This document shows positions 29,262 through 41,097 of a stretch of 64,000 nt of DNA, in pieces. Each line of letters starts with the position of its first letter. Position 1 is the first letter of the stretch. The stretch comes from a virus (lineage: Duplodnaviria; Caudoviricetes). The stretch lies in the IMG/VR virus record IMGVR_UViG_3300028797_000004; one strand, written 5' to 3'. Made by a program: the position numbers and the translations under genes. The notes under the pieces were generated by a model, which was not told the origin of the DNA, did no database searches, and saw only the letters and a list, made by a program, of their open reading frames with translations.

Positions 29262-29690
29262 ATGAGCTTATATAACATGGTCTATGGCTTCAACCCGGCT
29301 TGTTTACTATTCATGCCGATGTTAGGTAGAAAACAAGACGAATACCCGAGATTCAGAGATTGCTTCTTATCAGATGATGGAAAGCATATAGACATCTATA
29401 CAAGAGTGGGCGGCGGAAACCGTGGCTGCGGATATGGTGAAGAAGAACTCTATAAGGACGAGAACTTTGTAGAGACATTCGATGATGACTATGATAATAC
29501 TTTTGCTACATATCGTTTTAAAGTTCCGGAGAAATGGCAGGCTGACTTCAATCTTATCCTTGATGGTAAGTTAAAAGCTGTGTCTGACGATTATGTAGCT
29601 TGCGTTAAGAATATTTTCCCTAAGCTTGCGGAGCAGGGAGTTATAGATAATATATTCAGAGGTGAGAATAATGCAGGAAGCGACAATTAG
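29262..29690 (+). CDS. Hypothetical phage protein
   Basis: 'YPRFRDCF...IYTRVGGGNR...DDDYDNTFATYRF'. Confidence 0.6.
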   Translation: MSLYNMVYGFNPACLLFMPMLGRKQDEYPRFRDCFLSDDGKHIDIYTRVGGGNRGCGYGEEELYKDENFVETFDDDYDNTFATYRFKVPEKWQADFNLILDGKLKAVSDDYVACVKNIFPKLAEQGVIDNIFRGENNAGSDN

Positions 29691-30346
29691 AGAGATAGCA
29701 CAAGCTCTTACAAACTTCTGTGAGCAGTTTCCAGACCTTGCAGATAATAAGCTATGTGTTTGCTCTGAAAGTGGATATACTGGTGGCGTACCTGTACTGC
29801 CTTTGCGTCTTTACAGGAAAAGTCCTACAGGTGCTGATGATGCTGACACTGTGCTGTTTCTATATTCAGACGACGACAAAGATTTTGATTGGCTTGAAAG
29901 CCGAAATGATATAGAAATCTTCGAGTTAGGAGGTCGTGAATCTGATGCCTGAAAACATAGACGGATATGTGACTAAAGACGATTTGTATAGAACGATATC
30001 TCGCTTCCGTGGAAGCTCCAAGATAGATACAGAGCAAGCACAAGCGCTCTGCAAAGCTATCAAGGATATACCTAATCGTCTCCCTACTGACCGAACCGGT
30101 AGAATCATACCTGAAGTAGTAGAAATCAAAGGCAAGCGTGTTCTAGCTGGCGCATTTATTCAGGAACAAGATAAGCTGCTGGATATGATGTCCGAGCTGC
30201 TCATGCGACTGACCGAGTTCTTCAGTATACCTGATGTATTGACTCGACTGAACTGGCCTGACTGCTTATATAGAGATACTATACAGAGTATGGTTGATAC
30301 ATCTGATACTCTACTAAATGCTTATAGAGAAAAGAGGTTATGATGC

Positions 30347-30676
30347 ATGAATGATGTACTACGCGTTCTGTGTGAGCATTCAGTAGACATCTGGAATGGA
30401 GGTATTCCGATATCTTCTACAGTTATATCTCAGTGCCTAGGACTCTCTATAGGCAAAGTGAAGTATCGTTTGAAAAAATTGAAACAGCAAGGCTTCATAG
30501 TTGCTGATAGCTATGGCAACTCTACAGAAGAGGGTGTACCATTCTGTATACATGGATACACTATTACAGAGAAAGCAAAGCATACTGAAGAATATAAGCA
30601 GGCTTGGGCTAGAGAGCGACAACATTGTAAAGATACACTAGATATAGATATTGGGGAGGTAGAAATCTATGATTGA
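30347..30676 (+). CDS. Winged-HTH DNA-binding protein
   Basis: 'STVISQCLGLSIGKVKYRLKKLKQQGFI...GYTITEK'. Confidence 0.6.
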   Translation: MNDVLRVLCEHSVDIWNGGIPISSTVISQCLGLSIGKVKYRLKKLKQQGFIVADSYGNSTEEGVPFCIHGYTITEKAKHTEEYKQAWARERQHCKDTLDIDIGEVEIYD

Positions 30677-32598
30677 AATCTGGGAAGAATTCATCTGTGA
30701 CAAGTGTGGCAAGCGATTCAGAAGTCGCACAGATGATTTAACTACAAACAACGGCTGGCTGACGATATATGAGTTTGAATCATTCGGCGACGGTGTAACT
30801 AAACACTACTCATTCTGTAGCTCAGAGTGCTGCCATGCTCACATTGATGCAGTTGAATCTATTGTATCCGAATTCAAAGTTCGTAAACATAGTAAGGCTA
30901 TCTATGTATCAGAGATATATGACCCTCAATATCCTGCAGAGGAGGACGAGGCATGAATGTAGATAAAAGCTTACGCTTAATTGGGTTTCACAAAATGTAT
31001 GAAAATCTAACAGGTTGTAGATATGAACGTGACGACAAGAAATACAACTATACACAGGTTGTAGATATTTCACAGCGAGCTGTCTGGAAAGAGTTCAAGA
31101 TTCAGAGCTATGATAAGGATTTGTTTGACGAAAAGCGTATAGGTAATACTTGTGTTGCACTATCGTTATATGAATTGAAACTATTCTATAAGAAGATGAA
31201 ACATATGAAGCGCAAACATAAGTTTCACAACTTCGGTGAACGCTTGAAATTCTGGGAAGAGTGTTGAGTTATGAAAGGGACAGTTAAGTATATCACCATT
31301 GTAATTCTGTGTTTGCTATGCGCATTGATTTCTACACATTATCTAGAAGCTATCTCATTTCAAGATGCATTCATACTACTTTTAGCTCTATCGGCATTGT
31401 TCAGAACATGTAAAGATGACACAGATAAATGAGCGCAGCTTAGTTGTTGCTATCCGGAGGAGGTCTAAAATATGTCATGGAGTTATTTCTTGCAAGAACT
31501 CAAACATAACTTACTACATCTAGTGAAAGTAGGCAGTACCTTATTGATCATTGCTATGATCTTGACTGCTTTTGTGCTTGGCGGAGCTATACTAAAATTA
31601 CTTAGCGGTTTACTCGCAGTTATAACCTATGTAGTAGTTGCTACACTAGATGATTGTGGATTCTATGAATAGTACAGAAAGAGGTGCTTGTATGATAACA
31701 GCTGTAGATCTCATATCAGAAATGGAAAAGTCTATATATTTTGTACCGCATTACAAATACAGACGTATACGTGTAGTGATGTACATAGTTGCACGTAATA
31801 TGATACTAGGAGAGATATAGATGAGCTTAGAGGTATGCAAAAATTGTAGCCATTTTGATCCTGCTGCAGCGACACCAAAATCAGGTGTAGCGGTAGCGAT
31901 ATGGCGGTATCTAGACCGAATCAAAGGCAACAGAATCATAGGTGTATGTGATACTTTAGGACGTCCGCAGTTAGACACAAATACTTGCCCAAGATGTAAG
32001 TTGAAAGAGGAGGAATCTATATGAGCATTCAACAGCTTATTAATCACATACGAGCACAAGTAGCTGAGAAATATCACTTAGTTACTGATAAAGAGATCGA
32101 TGCATTCTTTCTCGGTATGCAAGAGGCAGCTGAAGATAATAGAGAAGCTTTAGAAAAGCGTGACAAAATGCTGAGAGACATGGTGTCGGATATAGTAGAT
32201 GTCGAAGCTTTGGTAAAATCTGCAGGAAAAGTACTTGATACGTTCATACCTTGTGACGACGATCTCTGCAGTGAGTGCCTGCACAAGGGGGTGTGCTCTG
32301 CTGTAGATTTTGATCGACACTTTGAGTGGAAACATAAGCATTCAGAAGTGTATAATAAGTTTACTGATCAATCAAGCAATAGCAGAAAACCGTTGCCTGA
32401 ACCACTTGATGATTGGCTTGAAAAGGAAGTTAAAAATACAGAACTAAATATGTCATTAGAAGATGCATACAGACACATCAAAAGCAGCTATATACATCAT
32501 AGGCATGAAGGAAACGCCGTGTTTTTGCCAAAAGCAGAACTTGTGGCCTTAATATGCATTAAAAAGGCAATAGCTGAAAGCGAGGAGGATAAAAAATA

Positions 32599-32973
32599 AT
32601 GGACGAATATGTAAGTAAATCAGCAGTACAACAGATGCTGCATGAAGCGTATGCTGATGATGCATTGTCTACAAAAGATGGTTGTAAAGCTTTATACAAG
32701 CGACTTGATGATATGCCAGTCACAGACGTACAGCCTGTTGATAGGTGGATAGATGCTCAAAAGAATCCACCACCTATAGTAGATAGAAGAAGTATGACAT
32801 CTGAATCAGTTCTTATTTTGAGAGACAACGGAGAGTGCGAAGCAGCATATCTTGTATATGATAATGACGACGGCTTTTATTAGTATACACAAGATGAAAG
32901 AGCCGCATTTGAATTTGAGGAAGTAACACACTGGATGCCTTTACCAGAACCACCAAAGGACGGTGATATATGA
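32599..32973 (+). pseudogene. DUF551-domain gene with a premature TAG at 32881-32883
   Basis: The frame continues past the TAG as YTQDERAAFEFEEVTHWMPLPEPPKDGDI*, supplying the DUF551 C-terminal signature VTHWMPLPEPP. Confidence 0.75.
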
Positions 32974-32994
32974 TGACAGAGTACATCTCCGTGA

Positions 32995-33023
32995 AAGAGC
33001 TGCCGATTTGGTAGCTCTTTTTT
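32995..33023 (+). terminator. Intrinsic terminator
   Basis: AAAGAGCTGCC-GATTT-GGTAGCTCTTTTTT. Confidence 0.75.
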
Positions 33024-33140
33024 AGAATCGTTAATATACTGAAGAAAGGTAAAATAGAGTGGTTATCTTTATCGTTGCTTGAAGTACGGTAAAGTTAAGG
33101 ACTCGCACAGAATATTGCAGGTAATGAAGGAGATTAAGCT

Positions 33141-33587
33141 ATGTGGGAGAATCAAGAAGAGCATAGGCAGTTAGCTGATCAGCTGGTAGAGAAGATAAGA
33201 CACGATTATGAAGCGCATAAAGAACGATTCCTACGCCATGCAACAGAATATAATCAACCTGAATACAACGATATTCAGGAGGAAGAAATCATAGCCACAT
33301 TCGCTTTAGAATCAGCTATTCTAAATTGGGTATGGCATGCTATAGTATCTCACAAGTCCTCATATTTATTCAATTCTGCCATCAGAATGAACGGCGATCA
33401 AGCTATTTATTACTGTACTAAAATCGATATAGGTATATTCATGAAGGATGATTTTGTTATTCGGCTTTTTGCGTATGTCAATTCTACCAGTAGGTTAGGA
33501 TTATTATACACAATATCTGATGAAAACATATGCCACAGGTTGATATCAATACTTGATAGAGCGAAAAACGATATAGATGAGCTATGA
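33141..33587 (+). CDS. Hypothetical protein
   Basis: RBS AAGGAG; downstream of a GAATCGTTA motif. Confidence 0.55.
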   Translation: MWENQEEHRQLADQLVEKIRHDYEAHKERFLRHATEYNQPEYNDIQEEEIIATFALESAILNWVWHAIVSHKSSYLFNSAIRMNGDQAIYYCTKIDIGIFMKDDFVIRLFAYVNSTSRLGLLYTISDENICHRLISILDRAKNDIDEL

Positions 33588-34166
33588 CTTCGTTGCTGCA
33601 GTGTAAGACTGGTGGTGATACAAAATGAAGCTGGTTAAGAAGTTAGTAGATTGGTTTGAAGCTTCACTATGGGCACAAGCTATCAAAGATGTATTCGAAA
33701 ACCCTGAATATTTTATGTTTATGGAGGAGAAGGAGGAAGAGAAATGACAATTTATGATTGGATATTGATACGCCGAGGGAGTTGTATGGGAAGATTTATT
33801 TAAGAAGGAGGAAGAGTAAATGAACATAATTAAAATAGGCGACGAATATGTCAATCTTGATCAGATTACGAGCATTTCAGTTCGTTGTCCAAATGAGGTT
33901 TGTGTAAGGATTGGAGATTTTCATTATTATATTAAGACTCGTAATCTTAATAAGATAAGCGAGATTTTATCCAATATGTCCAAAAACACAATAGAGAAAT
34001 GGGGGAAGGAAGTAAATGAAAATCATTGATGTTCCAAGATTTGTTATGGGCTGCATCAACATTATGCTTGCAGCATTGTCGTTGGTTTTAACTCAACGAG
34101 GCAAGAAGTCCCCTATCGCTAAGGTGACGGGATGAATTGCCTTATCAACTACAAAATTACCTATAT

Positions 34167-34195
34167 TTGACTTTATGATTTATTTATGGTATTAT
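34167..34195 (+). promoter_or_regulatory. Sigma70-type promoter of tnpB
   Basis: TTGACT-17 bp-TATTAT. Confidence 0.6.
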
Positions 34196-34215
34196 CGCTA
34201 TAGAGGTGAGAGACA

Positions 34216-35313
34216 ATGAATAAAGCCTATAAATTCAGGATATATCCAAATGAAGAGCAAAAAATTTTGTTTGCCAAAACCTTTGGATGTGTAAGGTTCA
34301 TATATAACAAGATGTTAAGCGATAAAATAGAATATTATCATAAGACTCAGAAAAAACTGAACAATACTCCTGCACAGTATAAAACTGAGTTTGAGTGGCT
34401 GAAAGAAGTTGACAGTCTCGCACTTGCTAACGCACAGCTTAATTTACAAAAAGCGTATAATAACTTTTTCAGAGATACCAAGGTTGGCTTTCCAAAATTC
34501 AAAAGTAAAAAGCATAATCGTTATTCCTATACAACAAACAATCAACACGGAACTATATATCTATGTGATGGGTATATCAAACTCCCGAAGATAGGACTTG
34601 TTAAAATTAAACAGCACAGGAATATACCGTCTGAATACATCCTTAAATCAGTAACGGTAAGTCAGACACCGAGCGGTAAATATTATGTGAGTATTCTCTT
34701 TGAATATGAAAATCAAATATCAAAAGTCGATATCCATAACAGCCTCGGTCTTGACTATTCTATGCACGAGCTGTATGTTGACAGTGAGGGCGGTGAACCT
34801 GAATATCCCAGATACTATCGCAGAGTTGAAAAAAGGCTTCAAACAGAGCAGAGAAAACTATCCCTTATGACTAAAGGTTCTAAAAACCGTAACAAACAAA
34901 GGTTAAAGGTCGCTAAATTATGTGAGAGAATCTCCAATCAACGCAAGGATTTCCTACATAAAAAGTCAAGACAGATAGCCAATGCCTATGATCTTGTATC
35001 TGTAGAAGACCTTGATATGAAAGGACTATCTCAATCTCTGAATTTTGGAAAATCCGTATCTGATAATGGATGGGGTATGTTCATATCATTCCTTAAATAC
35101 AAACTCGAAGAGCAAGGAAAGCAACTCATAAAGGTCAGCAGATTTTTTCCAAGTTCTCAGTTATGCTCTGTATGTGGGTGTAAACACTCTATTACTAAAG
35201 ACCTTTCTGTGAGAAAATGGACCTGTCCTGACTGCGGAACGCATCACAACAGGGATGTGAATGCAGCTATAAATATAAGAAACGAAGGCTTGCGCATTGC
35301 TTTGTCAATGTAA
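34216..35313 (+). CDS. tnpB: TnpB RNA-guided endonuclease
   Basis: HTH 'KAYKFRIYPNEEQ..LFAKTFGCVRFIYN'; RuvC 'LGLDY', 'VSVEDL', 'RDVNAAINI'; Zn ribbon CSVC/CPDC. Confidence 0.95.
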   Translation: MNKAYKFRIYPNEEQKILFAKTFGCVRFIYNKMLSDKIEYYHKTQKKLNNTPAQYKTEFEWLKEVDSLALANAQLNLQKAYNNFFRDTKVGFPKFKSKKHNRYSYTTNNQHGTIYLCDGYIKLPKIGLVKIKQHRNIPSEYILKSVTVSQTPSGKYYVSILFEYENQISKVDIHNSLGLDYSMHELYVDSEGGEPEYPRYYRRVEKRLQTEQRKLSLMTKGSKNRNKQRLKVAKLCERISNQRKDFLHKKSRQIANAYDLVSVEDLDMKGLSQSLNFGKSVSDNGWGMFISFLKYKLEEQGKQLIKVSRFFPSSQLCSVCGCKHSITKDLSVRKWTCPDCGTHHNRDVNAAINIRNEGLRIALSM

Positions 35314-35441
35314 TATCTTAAAGATAAAAAACCGTGGGACACACGGGGTTAGCTCGCTTATGCTTAGTACATTGGTACTATCGAACGAGAAGCCCCCGCT
35401 TCTTTAAGCGGCGGGAGTATGTCACTTTGTAGTGGACGAAG
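35270..35441 (+). ncRNA. Predicted TnpB omegaRNA (scaffold at the right end plus flanking guide)
   Basis: Right-end sequence 'ACCGTGGGACACACGGGG...GAAGCCCCCGCTTCTTTAAGCGGCGGGAGTATGTCAC'; 5' boundary approximate. Confidence 0.6.
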
Positions 35442-35647
35442 CCATGCTTGGTTCGCGTTTATACTTTGTGCTCTTACTGGAGTTGGTGCTCTTGTAGACA
35501 GCATCGAGACTGAAAAACAAAGACAGCGAAAGATAGCGGAGCTGAAAGAAAAAGCTAGATTATACGGCTGGGATAAAGAGGGCTGAAAATATAGACAAAT
35601 ACATAAGCAAAAGAAGCTGTAGAAATAATAATTCGGAGGTGTAAGAA

Positions 35648-36606
35648 ATGAACGAAAATTTCTGGTGCAACAACAAGAAGTTACATGATAGTTGTATAGG
35701 CTGCTCTGATTTATTTATTAAGCAAACTCGCTATAATGTTATCTATTATCGATGCAATAAGCTAAGAATAGGTTTTATGCATACTATAACACCTAATGAC
35801 TTTAGTGAATACATGGATTATCTGAGTAGGAGGAGAAAAGTAAATGGCGAAAATAATTAAATATGGCAGAAGACTTCTGACCACAGATAAAAGAGAAAAG
35901 TTGTTTATCTGCACTTGCTGCGACTGCAGGTGGATTGCAGAGCCTAGTGAGTATGTGACGATACGCACACCGATGAAGCCTAATACATATTCTTGGTGCC
36001 CGCATTGCGGTACTCAGACTTGGGAGCAGGAGGAATGAAAAAATGAGAGATAAGTGGTTCACTGACGAAAATCCACCATCTGAAAAGGAAGATTATATGA
36101 TAACAGATGAATGTGGCGATATTCAGATAGCAAGTTGGACTAACAGTAGCATATTCGGAGGGGTAACTGACTGGCATTGGGTTGGATTGGTACAATTTAC
36201 GCACGTAAAAGCATGGCGGCCATTGCCCGAACCGTACAAGCAATAAAATTCACTCTTATGAGGAGGACTGAAAATGAATAAACTCACATTGGACGAAGCT
36301 ATAAAGCGTTGTGAAGAAGCGGCAGAACTGCAAGAAGCCACCAGTCTTATAGACCGTTGGGGTGGTGATTATGAATATAGCGAAAGCGTAAAGGAGAATT
36401 GCCGTCAGTGTGCTGCTGACCACAGACAGCTTGCTGAGTGGCTGAAGGGGCTGAAAGAAGCAAAAAGTATCATTAGAGTATGCAGCCGAGTGTTAGGATT
36501 TCTGCTTGAATGTGAAATTGAAAACACATCAACACGTCACAAAGTAGAAATCTTACTGAAAAACATAGCAGAATACTTGTCAGGAGGTGATGAAAATGAC
36601 ACTTGA
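35648..36606 (+). other. Small hypothetical genes: Cys-rich 35648-35860, Zn-finger 35844-36038, DUF551-like 36043-36246, 'TLDEAI..HRQLAEWL' protein 36274-36606
   Basis: CxxC pairs; 'VKAWRPLPEPY'; RBSs present. Confidence 0.6.
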
Positions 36607-37105
36607 TGAAGCTATTGAATATCACATCAATGTGGCAACCCGACGTGCAGTAGCTGATGAAGGCATTGGTGGGAATGCTAAATGGGAAGAGACTAACTCT
36701 ATGACCAAGGAAGAAAGTGAGCAAATAATTGCGCATAATCGTCAGCTCGCAGAGTGGCTGACACAGTTGAAAGAGATTAAAGAAAAGATAGAAAGCGGTG
36801 ATTTATCGGACGGCTATCATACTTTCAATCAACTCTATCATCAAAGAGCTATGCTATTTGCAACTATTGTTAAACAGAATAAAGATAAAGCTTGGAAAAC
36901 GCACAAGCATGAAGACGGTAAGCTCTGTTTCGGTGGTGGTTGGTTCTTAGTAACTATTGACACACCTGAAGGCGCCTATGGCTATCATTATGAAGATAAG
37001 TATTGGGACTTATTTGACTGCCAAGAACTTGATGTAGCAAAGCACTGGGATGGCTACACAGAAGCAGACGTTAGTAGGTTTTTAAGTTTGGGAGCAAGTA
37101 GATGA
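36587..37105 (+). CDS. Phage protein with a 'SDGYHTFNQLYHQR...WDGY' domain fused to a TLDEAI/RQLAEWL N-terminus
   Basis: Motif seen in many phage hypothetical proteins; N-terminus paralogous to the preceding gene. Confidence 0.6.
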   Translation: MMKMTLDEAIEYHINVATRRAVADEGIGGNAKWEETNSMTKEESEQIIAHNRQLAEWLTQLKEIKEKIESGDLSDGYHTFNQLYHQRAMLFATIVKQNKDKAWKTHKHEDGKLCFGGGWFLVTIDTPEGAYGYHYEDKYWDLFDCQELDVAKHWDGYTEADVSRFLSLGASR

Positions 37106-37957
37106 ATGACGAAAAAGAAGAACTGATACCTGTATTGCAAGTATTAGATGATTGGTATGCAGATAAAGGCATTGTATCATGGGCAGCAAGAGATTATTAC
37201 TACTTGCATTATGCCGATGATAACGAAAGACAACACATGGACAAAGAGGAGAGACTGCAAACTATAATTGCTGCTATTATTGTTGGCGGTACTTTGTTAC
37301 TTGGTACTATTGCAATAATGATGCAATTGTTAGGTGGTGAGTAGAATGATGCTGGATGATAAAGAGCTAGTGGTGAAAGACATGTTTAATAATTTTATCA
37401 ACTTTGCAAGAGCTATATATGAAAGTCAATACGGTGAGAGTATAGGAACGGACGGTGAAGCAACAGTGAGCGCAGAACTGCCTGACAGCGCAAGAAAAAT
37501 CCATATCAGCATAACTATGGAAGATTTAACGTGAACCGATTAGACGTGCCTTTTATGTGAGGTGGTGAATTTTGTGATTCCTAAAAATTGTTGTAAAACT
37601 TGCAAAAATTTCGCTATAGATTTTAAATTGGATAGCTTTTGCTACAAGTACGAAGATTATAATATCGAATGTGATATGTATAAAAGCGATACTTCAATAA
37701 TAACAGAAGGCAAATGGATAAATGACGGAGACTGTATGATAACTTCGTGTTGTAACAAAGCATATGATATAAATAAGTTTGCTGAAACAAGAAATGGTAT
37801 ATGGCTACCAAAGATTTGTCCAAATTGTGGGGCAAAAATGAAAAAATAAAAACGAGAAATTGGCTATTCTACGTAGGTAAAAATCCAATAAAACGGTTCT
37901 TTCATTACGTCAGCGAATCGTTATATATGGTATCAGAATAACTGAAGGAGGTCTACC

Positions 37958-38122
37958 ATGAGCGATACTATTTCTAAGTGGGTTGAAGATGTCTACACAG
38001 ACAATTTTAAATGTCCATACTGTGGTATGATGGTTCCGGAAAATGGATATGGCGGTTGTGATTATCCACACTGCCCATACTGCGCTAAAACTGTACAGCC
38101 TGTTACAGAAAGAACGAAATGA
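37958..38122 (+). CDS. Small Zn-finger protein (54 aa)
   Basis: MSDTISKWVEDVYTDNFKCPYCG...CPYCAK; RBS AGGAGG; not in the ORF track. Confidence 0.6.
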   Translation: MSDTISKWVEDVYTDNFKCPYCGMMVPENGYGGCDYPHCPYCAKTVQPVTERTK

Positions 38123-38270
38123 GGTGACTATAGATGATTTTCGACTGCGTAAACATTGTGAACATAGACGAATGCTGTTTATATCACTGCGAGTGCAACG
38201 GTTGCATGGAATGTCAGGACTATGAACCAGTTCCTTCTTATGAAGAGATGCGCAACCAAGGAGGTAATGA

Positions 38271-39682
38271 GTGATGCAAGACTTGAATCTGACACAGAAT
38301 AGCGAGACGCTTCGTAAGCTTATCGCAGAGAATCCAGATTTACCAATTTGTGTGCTATGCCATCAGGACCTATGCTCTGATGAATACGCTTTTACATATG
38401 CTACAGACATAGCTGTTGAGATATGTGAGATCCTTGATTGCGAAACTCCCACAGGTAATGGAATAGTGTACACAGATCCAGATGATCTTAGAGACGATCT
38501 CAGAGACTATTACTGTGATGACTATCCTGACGAAACTGATGCAGAATATGATGCAATCATTGAGGAAAAGCTTGCAGAGTATGAACCTTACTGGAAGAAG
38601 TGCATATCTATCCAGTGTTACAATTGAGTGAGGTGTTATTATGCGCTATATAGCAATAGATCATTTTGACGACACAACTGTTGTTGAGAGTGATGACTTC
38701 GGTGAAGTATACGATGCTGTACGCAAGTATTCGTATGAGTGCACAGAATATGGGTATGGCGCAATGCACATTCCTAAAATTCATATCTACGATACAGCCT
38801 CTGAAGCAGATAGAATTCTGCTGAAGTCAAAATGTTCAGAAAGGAGCTCTACGCACATGGCAATTAAATCTATTGAAGCTTCACGTAAACTCATTGAGTC
38901 TGGTCTGAACGATATGGACGCAGCAATTGCTGAGCTGAAAGATGACTACGAGTATGTCATCAATAAACAGCGAGATCTGCTGAATCGTTGTGCGACGTTA
39001 CTCACTGCTGCGAAAATTCATATTGGCTCACTTCAAGGTACACCTTGGTTCTTTGCAGAAGAAACTGAAACATTAGTGAAGGAGATCAACTCATGAAGGC
39101 AAACTACAAACGAAATGCTGGCAAGATCCAGCCTCGAACTAGAGTCTTCACAGAAAGCGAACTCATGGACTTTGTAAATACAGAATGGGACAAGCATAAA
39201 GACGAAGTCTACCAGATAGCTGTAAGAGATGTGTCCGCTCAGATACTTGCTGTAATGTTCAGCACGCTTTATAAACCGCCGTATAACTGGCGTGAAAAAA
39301 GACTCAAAGACCTTAAGAGTCGGTTTGAATTCACATTTGAGAACATGGCTCATACAGTGCTAGGTAAAGACTTCAGCACTATTGACTGCATGGAGTTTCT
39401 TAAATCTGAATTCGGCATTGACTTTGACAAAAATAACATATATGACAAACGCAGCAACGTGGAGGTGAGGAGATGAGCAACTCGCTCAATACAATTCTAG
39501 GCTTGAGAAGCAATGTAGCAATACTTGTTTACGAGGATTACAACGGTATGCGGATCTGCGTAGGCGGTGGTTACGTAGCTTCTGATAAGTACATCATCGA
39601 CTTAGACGGCCGTCCGCTGAAGCTTACAGACGAGTTCAAGGAATTTCACTGGAAGCAGAACAATCTCGAACTTGTGAGATAA
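38271..39682 (+). other. Four hypothetical genes (38271-38627, 38641-39096, 39093-39476, 39473-39682)
   Basis: Coupled ORFs with RBSs. Confidence 0.55.
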
Positions 39683-39724
39683 TGAATCAACCTTCAATAT
39701 CTACATGATATTGGAGGTGATCTA

Positions 39725-40549
39725 ATGAAGTTCGCACCTAAGCGAGAGCATGGGGGCATCATATATTGTTCCGACGATGCACCGAATTTGTCGCTTGTAA
39801 AACATTCAGATCAATGTTATCACGTTCGTGTAAAAGCTGGTGATAGCTGGTGTCATCCTACCTGGGGTAGAGAGTTCGACACTATTGAAGCTGCAGAAAA
39901 ATGGCTCAACTGGCACGATTATGCTAATGCTACAGCCGATATGATCTGCTTACCTGCTCAGAATCGAGAAAATGACGCTGAGCTCATTGAAGCTGCAACT
40001 TTTCTTGGTTTTGAATCCGGACCTGATGCTTACATATGGTCTAATTCTAAGATTCAAATAGAAGCAGCTATCAGTGCAGGACAGGCTGAGCTTACCTACA
40101 TAGATGCAACTACTGGAAAGCGATTCAAACACTATACAACAATTGATGCAGCTTCACTGATTCGGCATGTAGAGAAAACATTGCGAAAGCATGGTCACAC
40201 TTTATTTAACACATTCAAGACTACAATCAGCGCAGCTATCAATACTCGAGAGCTTACATCAGATATCATCAGATGCAAGTCATCTAATGTGTGGGGCTAT
40301 AAATTCAATGTGCGTAAGCAGGGTGACCAAACCGGTGATTTAATTATGCAATTCAAAGGCAAGAACGGTGGTCCAGGCGGAGGAATTTACATCTACTTCG
40401 ATGTCCCAGTTCGAACCTACCGACGTCTAATTGCCGGTCCATCAATAGGTCACAATTTCTGGGTATACATCAGAAATAACTTTAAGTACTCTAAACTTGA
40501 CGGAAATAAACGTGGCGTATTACCTAACGCAGTAAACAATTACAACTGA
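39725..40549 (+). CDS. Protein with a C-terminal KTSC domain
   Basis: 'KSSNVWGY.F.....LIMQFK.....YIYFDVP...YRRLI.GPSIGHNFW.YIRNNFKY'. Confidence 0.7.
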   Translation: MKFAPKREHGGIIYCSDDAPNLSLVKHSDQCYHVRVKAGDSWCHPTWGREFDTIEAAEKWLNWHDYANATADMICLPAQNRENDAELIEAATFLGFESGPDAYIWSNSKIQIEAAISAGQAELTYIDATTGKRFKHYTTIDAASLIRHVEKTLRKHGHTLFNTFKTTISAAINTRELTSDIIRCKSSNVWGYKFNVRKQGDQTGDLIMQFKGKNGGPGGGIYIYFDVPVRTYRRLIAGPSIGHNFWVYIRNNFKYSKLDGNKRGVLPNAVNNYN

Positions 40550-40563
40550 AAGAGGTGCTCAAT

Positions 40564-41097
40564 ATGAAATTTATGAAAAGATCTAGTGAATCTTTTCCGA
40601 AGTCACATATATCTCATCGCAGTATTGAAGCAGCAGAAGGTATAGTAGAACCAGGTAAGACTCGCTTCTATAAACTCACACTTGATGAACTATTAGATAT
40701 TCTACGAGAGAATGACTGTAATATCATTACAATCTGGCAGCTTGAGGAGCAAGGCTTCAGCGCACTTGATTTCAAGCATAGTTTATGGGGCTGCGGTGTA
40801 GTAGACGATTTTCTTTACATCTGTGATACAGACGGTAAAGATATTTTAATCAATGGTAAGCAAGTTGATCCTGAAGAAGTAGTGGAGCTTCTTGCCGATG
40901 GTGACATTGATGAAGCAGCTTTCATCGATTATATTGTCGAGCCTGATGAAAAATATATTCGCCGTTGGGTAGATCCTGATGCTATGATACAACCGGATTT
41001 TGAAGAAGCTGCTCTTGCGCTGCTTCAACAGCCCTACAAGTATACCTTGCAGCAGATAGCAAAGGCGGCTGATGACTACGAAACATTTGAACTGTAA
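40564..41097 (+). CDS. Acidic hypothetical protein with basic leader ending IEAA
   Basis: MKFMKRSSESFPKSHISHRSIEAAEG. Confidence 0.55.
   Translation: MKFMKRSSESFPKSHISHRSIEAAEGIVEPGKTRFYKLTLDELLDILRENDCNIITIWQLEEQGFSALDFKHSLWGCGVVDDFLYICDTDGKDILINGKQVDPEEVVELLADGDIDEAAFIDYIVEPDEKYIRRWVDPDAMIQPDFEEAALALLQQPYKYTLQQIAKAADDYETFEL

Larger units (their letters stand above)
34092..35425 (+). mobile_element. Non-autonomous IS200/IS605-family element (tnpB only, IS1341-type)
   Basis: Inserted 3' of TTTAA and ends in TCAC; subterminal hairpins at both ends; no target duplication; removing it restores the host reading frame. Confidence 0.85.
34016..35586 (+). pseudogene. 78-aa two-TM membrane-protein gene interrupted by the IS605-family element
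   Basis: Joining 34016-34091 to 35426-35586 restores MKIIDVPRFVMGCINIMLAALSLVL-ICSGRSHAWFAFILCALTGVGALVDSIETEKQ...DKEG*. Confidence 0.8.

Noticed and set aside
32881-32883. Genome-wide TAG recoding (genetic code 15)
   Set aside because: Only one convincing in-frame TAG, where Trp rather than Gln fits; core genes are intact in code 11 and TAG ends other genes normally
34092-35425. IStron (group I intron-IS fusion)
   Set aside because: Only about 125 nt precede tnpB and no group I core motifs are present
34016-35586. Calling the IS-disrupted two-TM protein a holin
   Set aside because: It is far from the endolysin, lies in the accessory region and tolerates disruption; topology alone is insufficient
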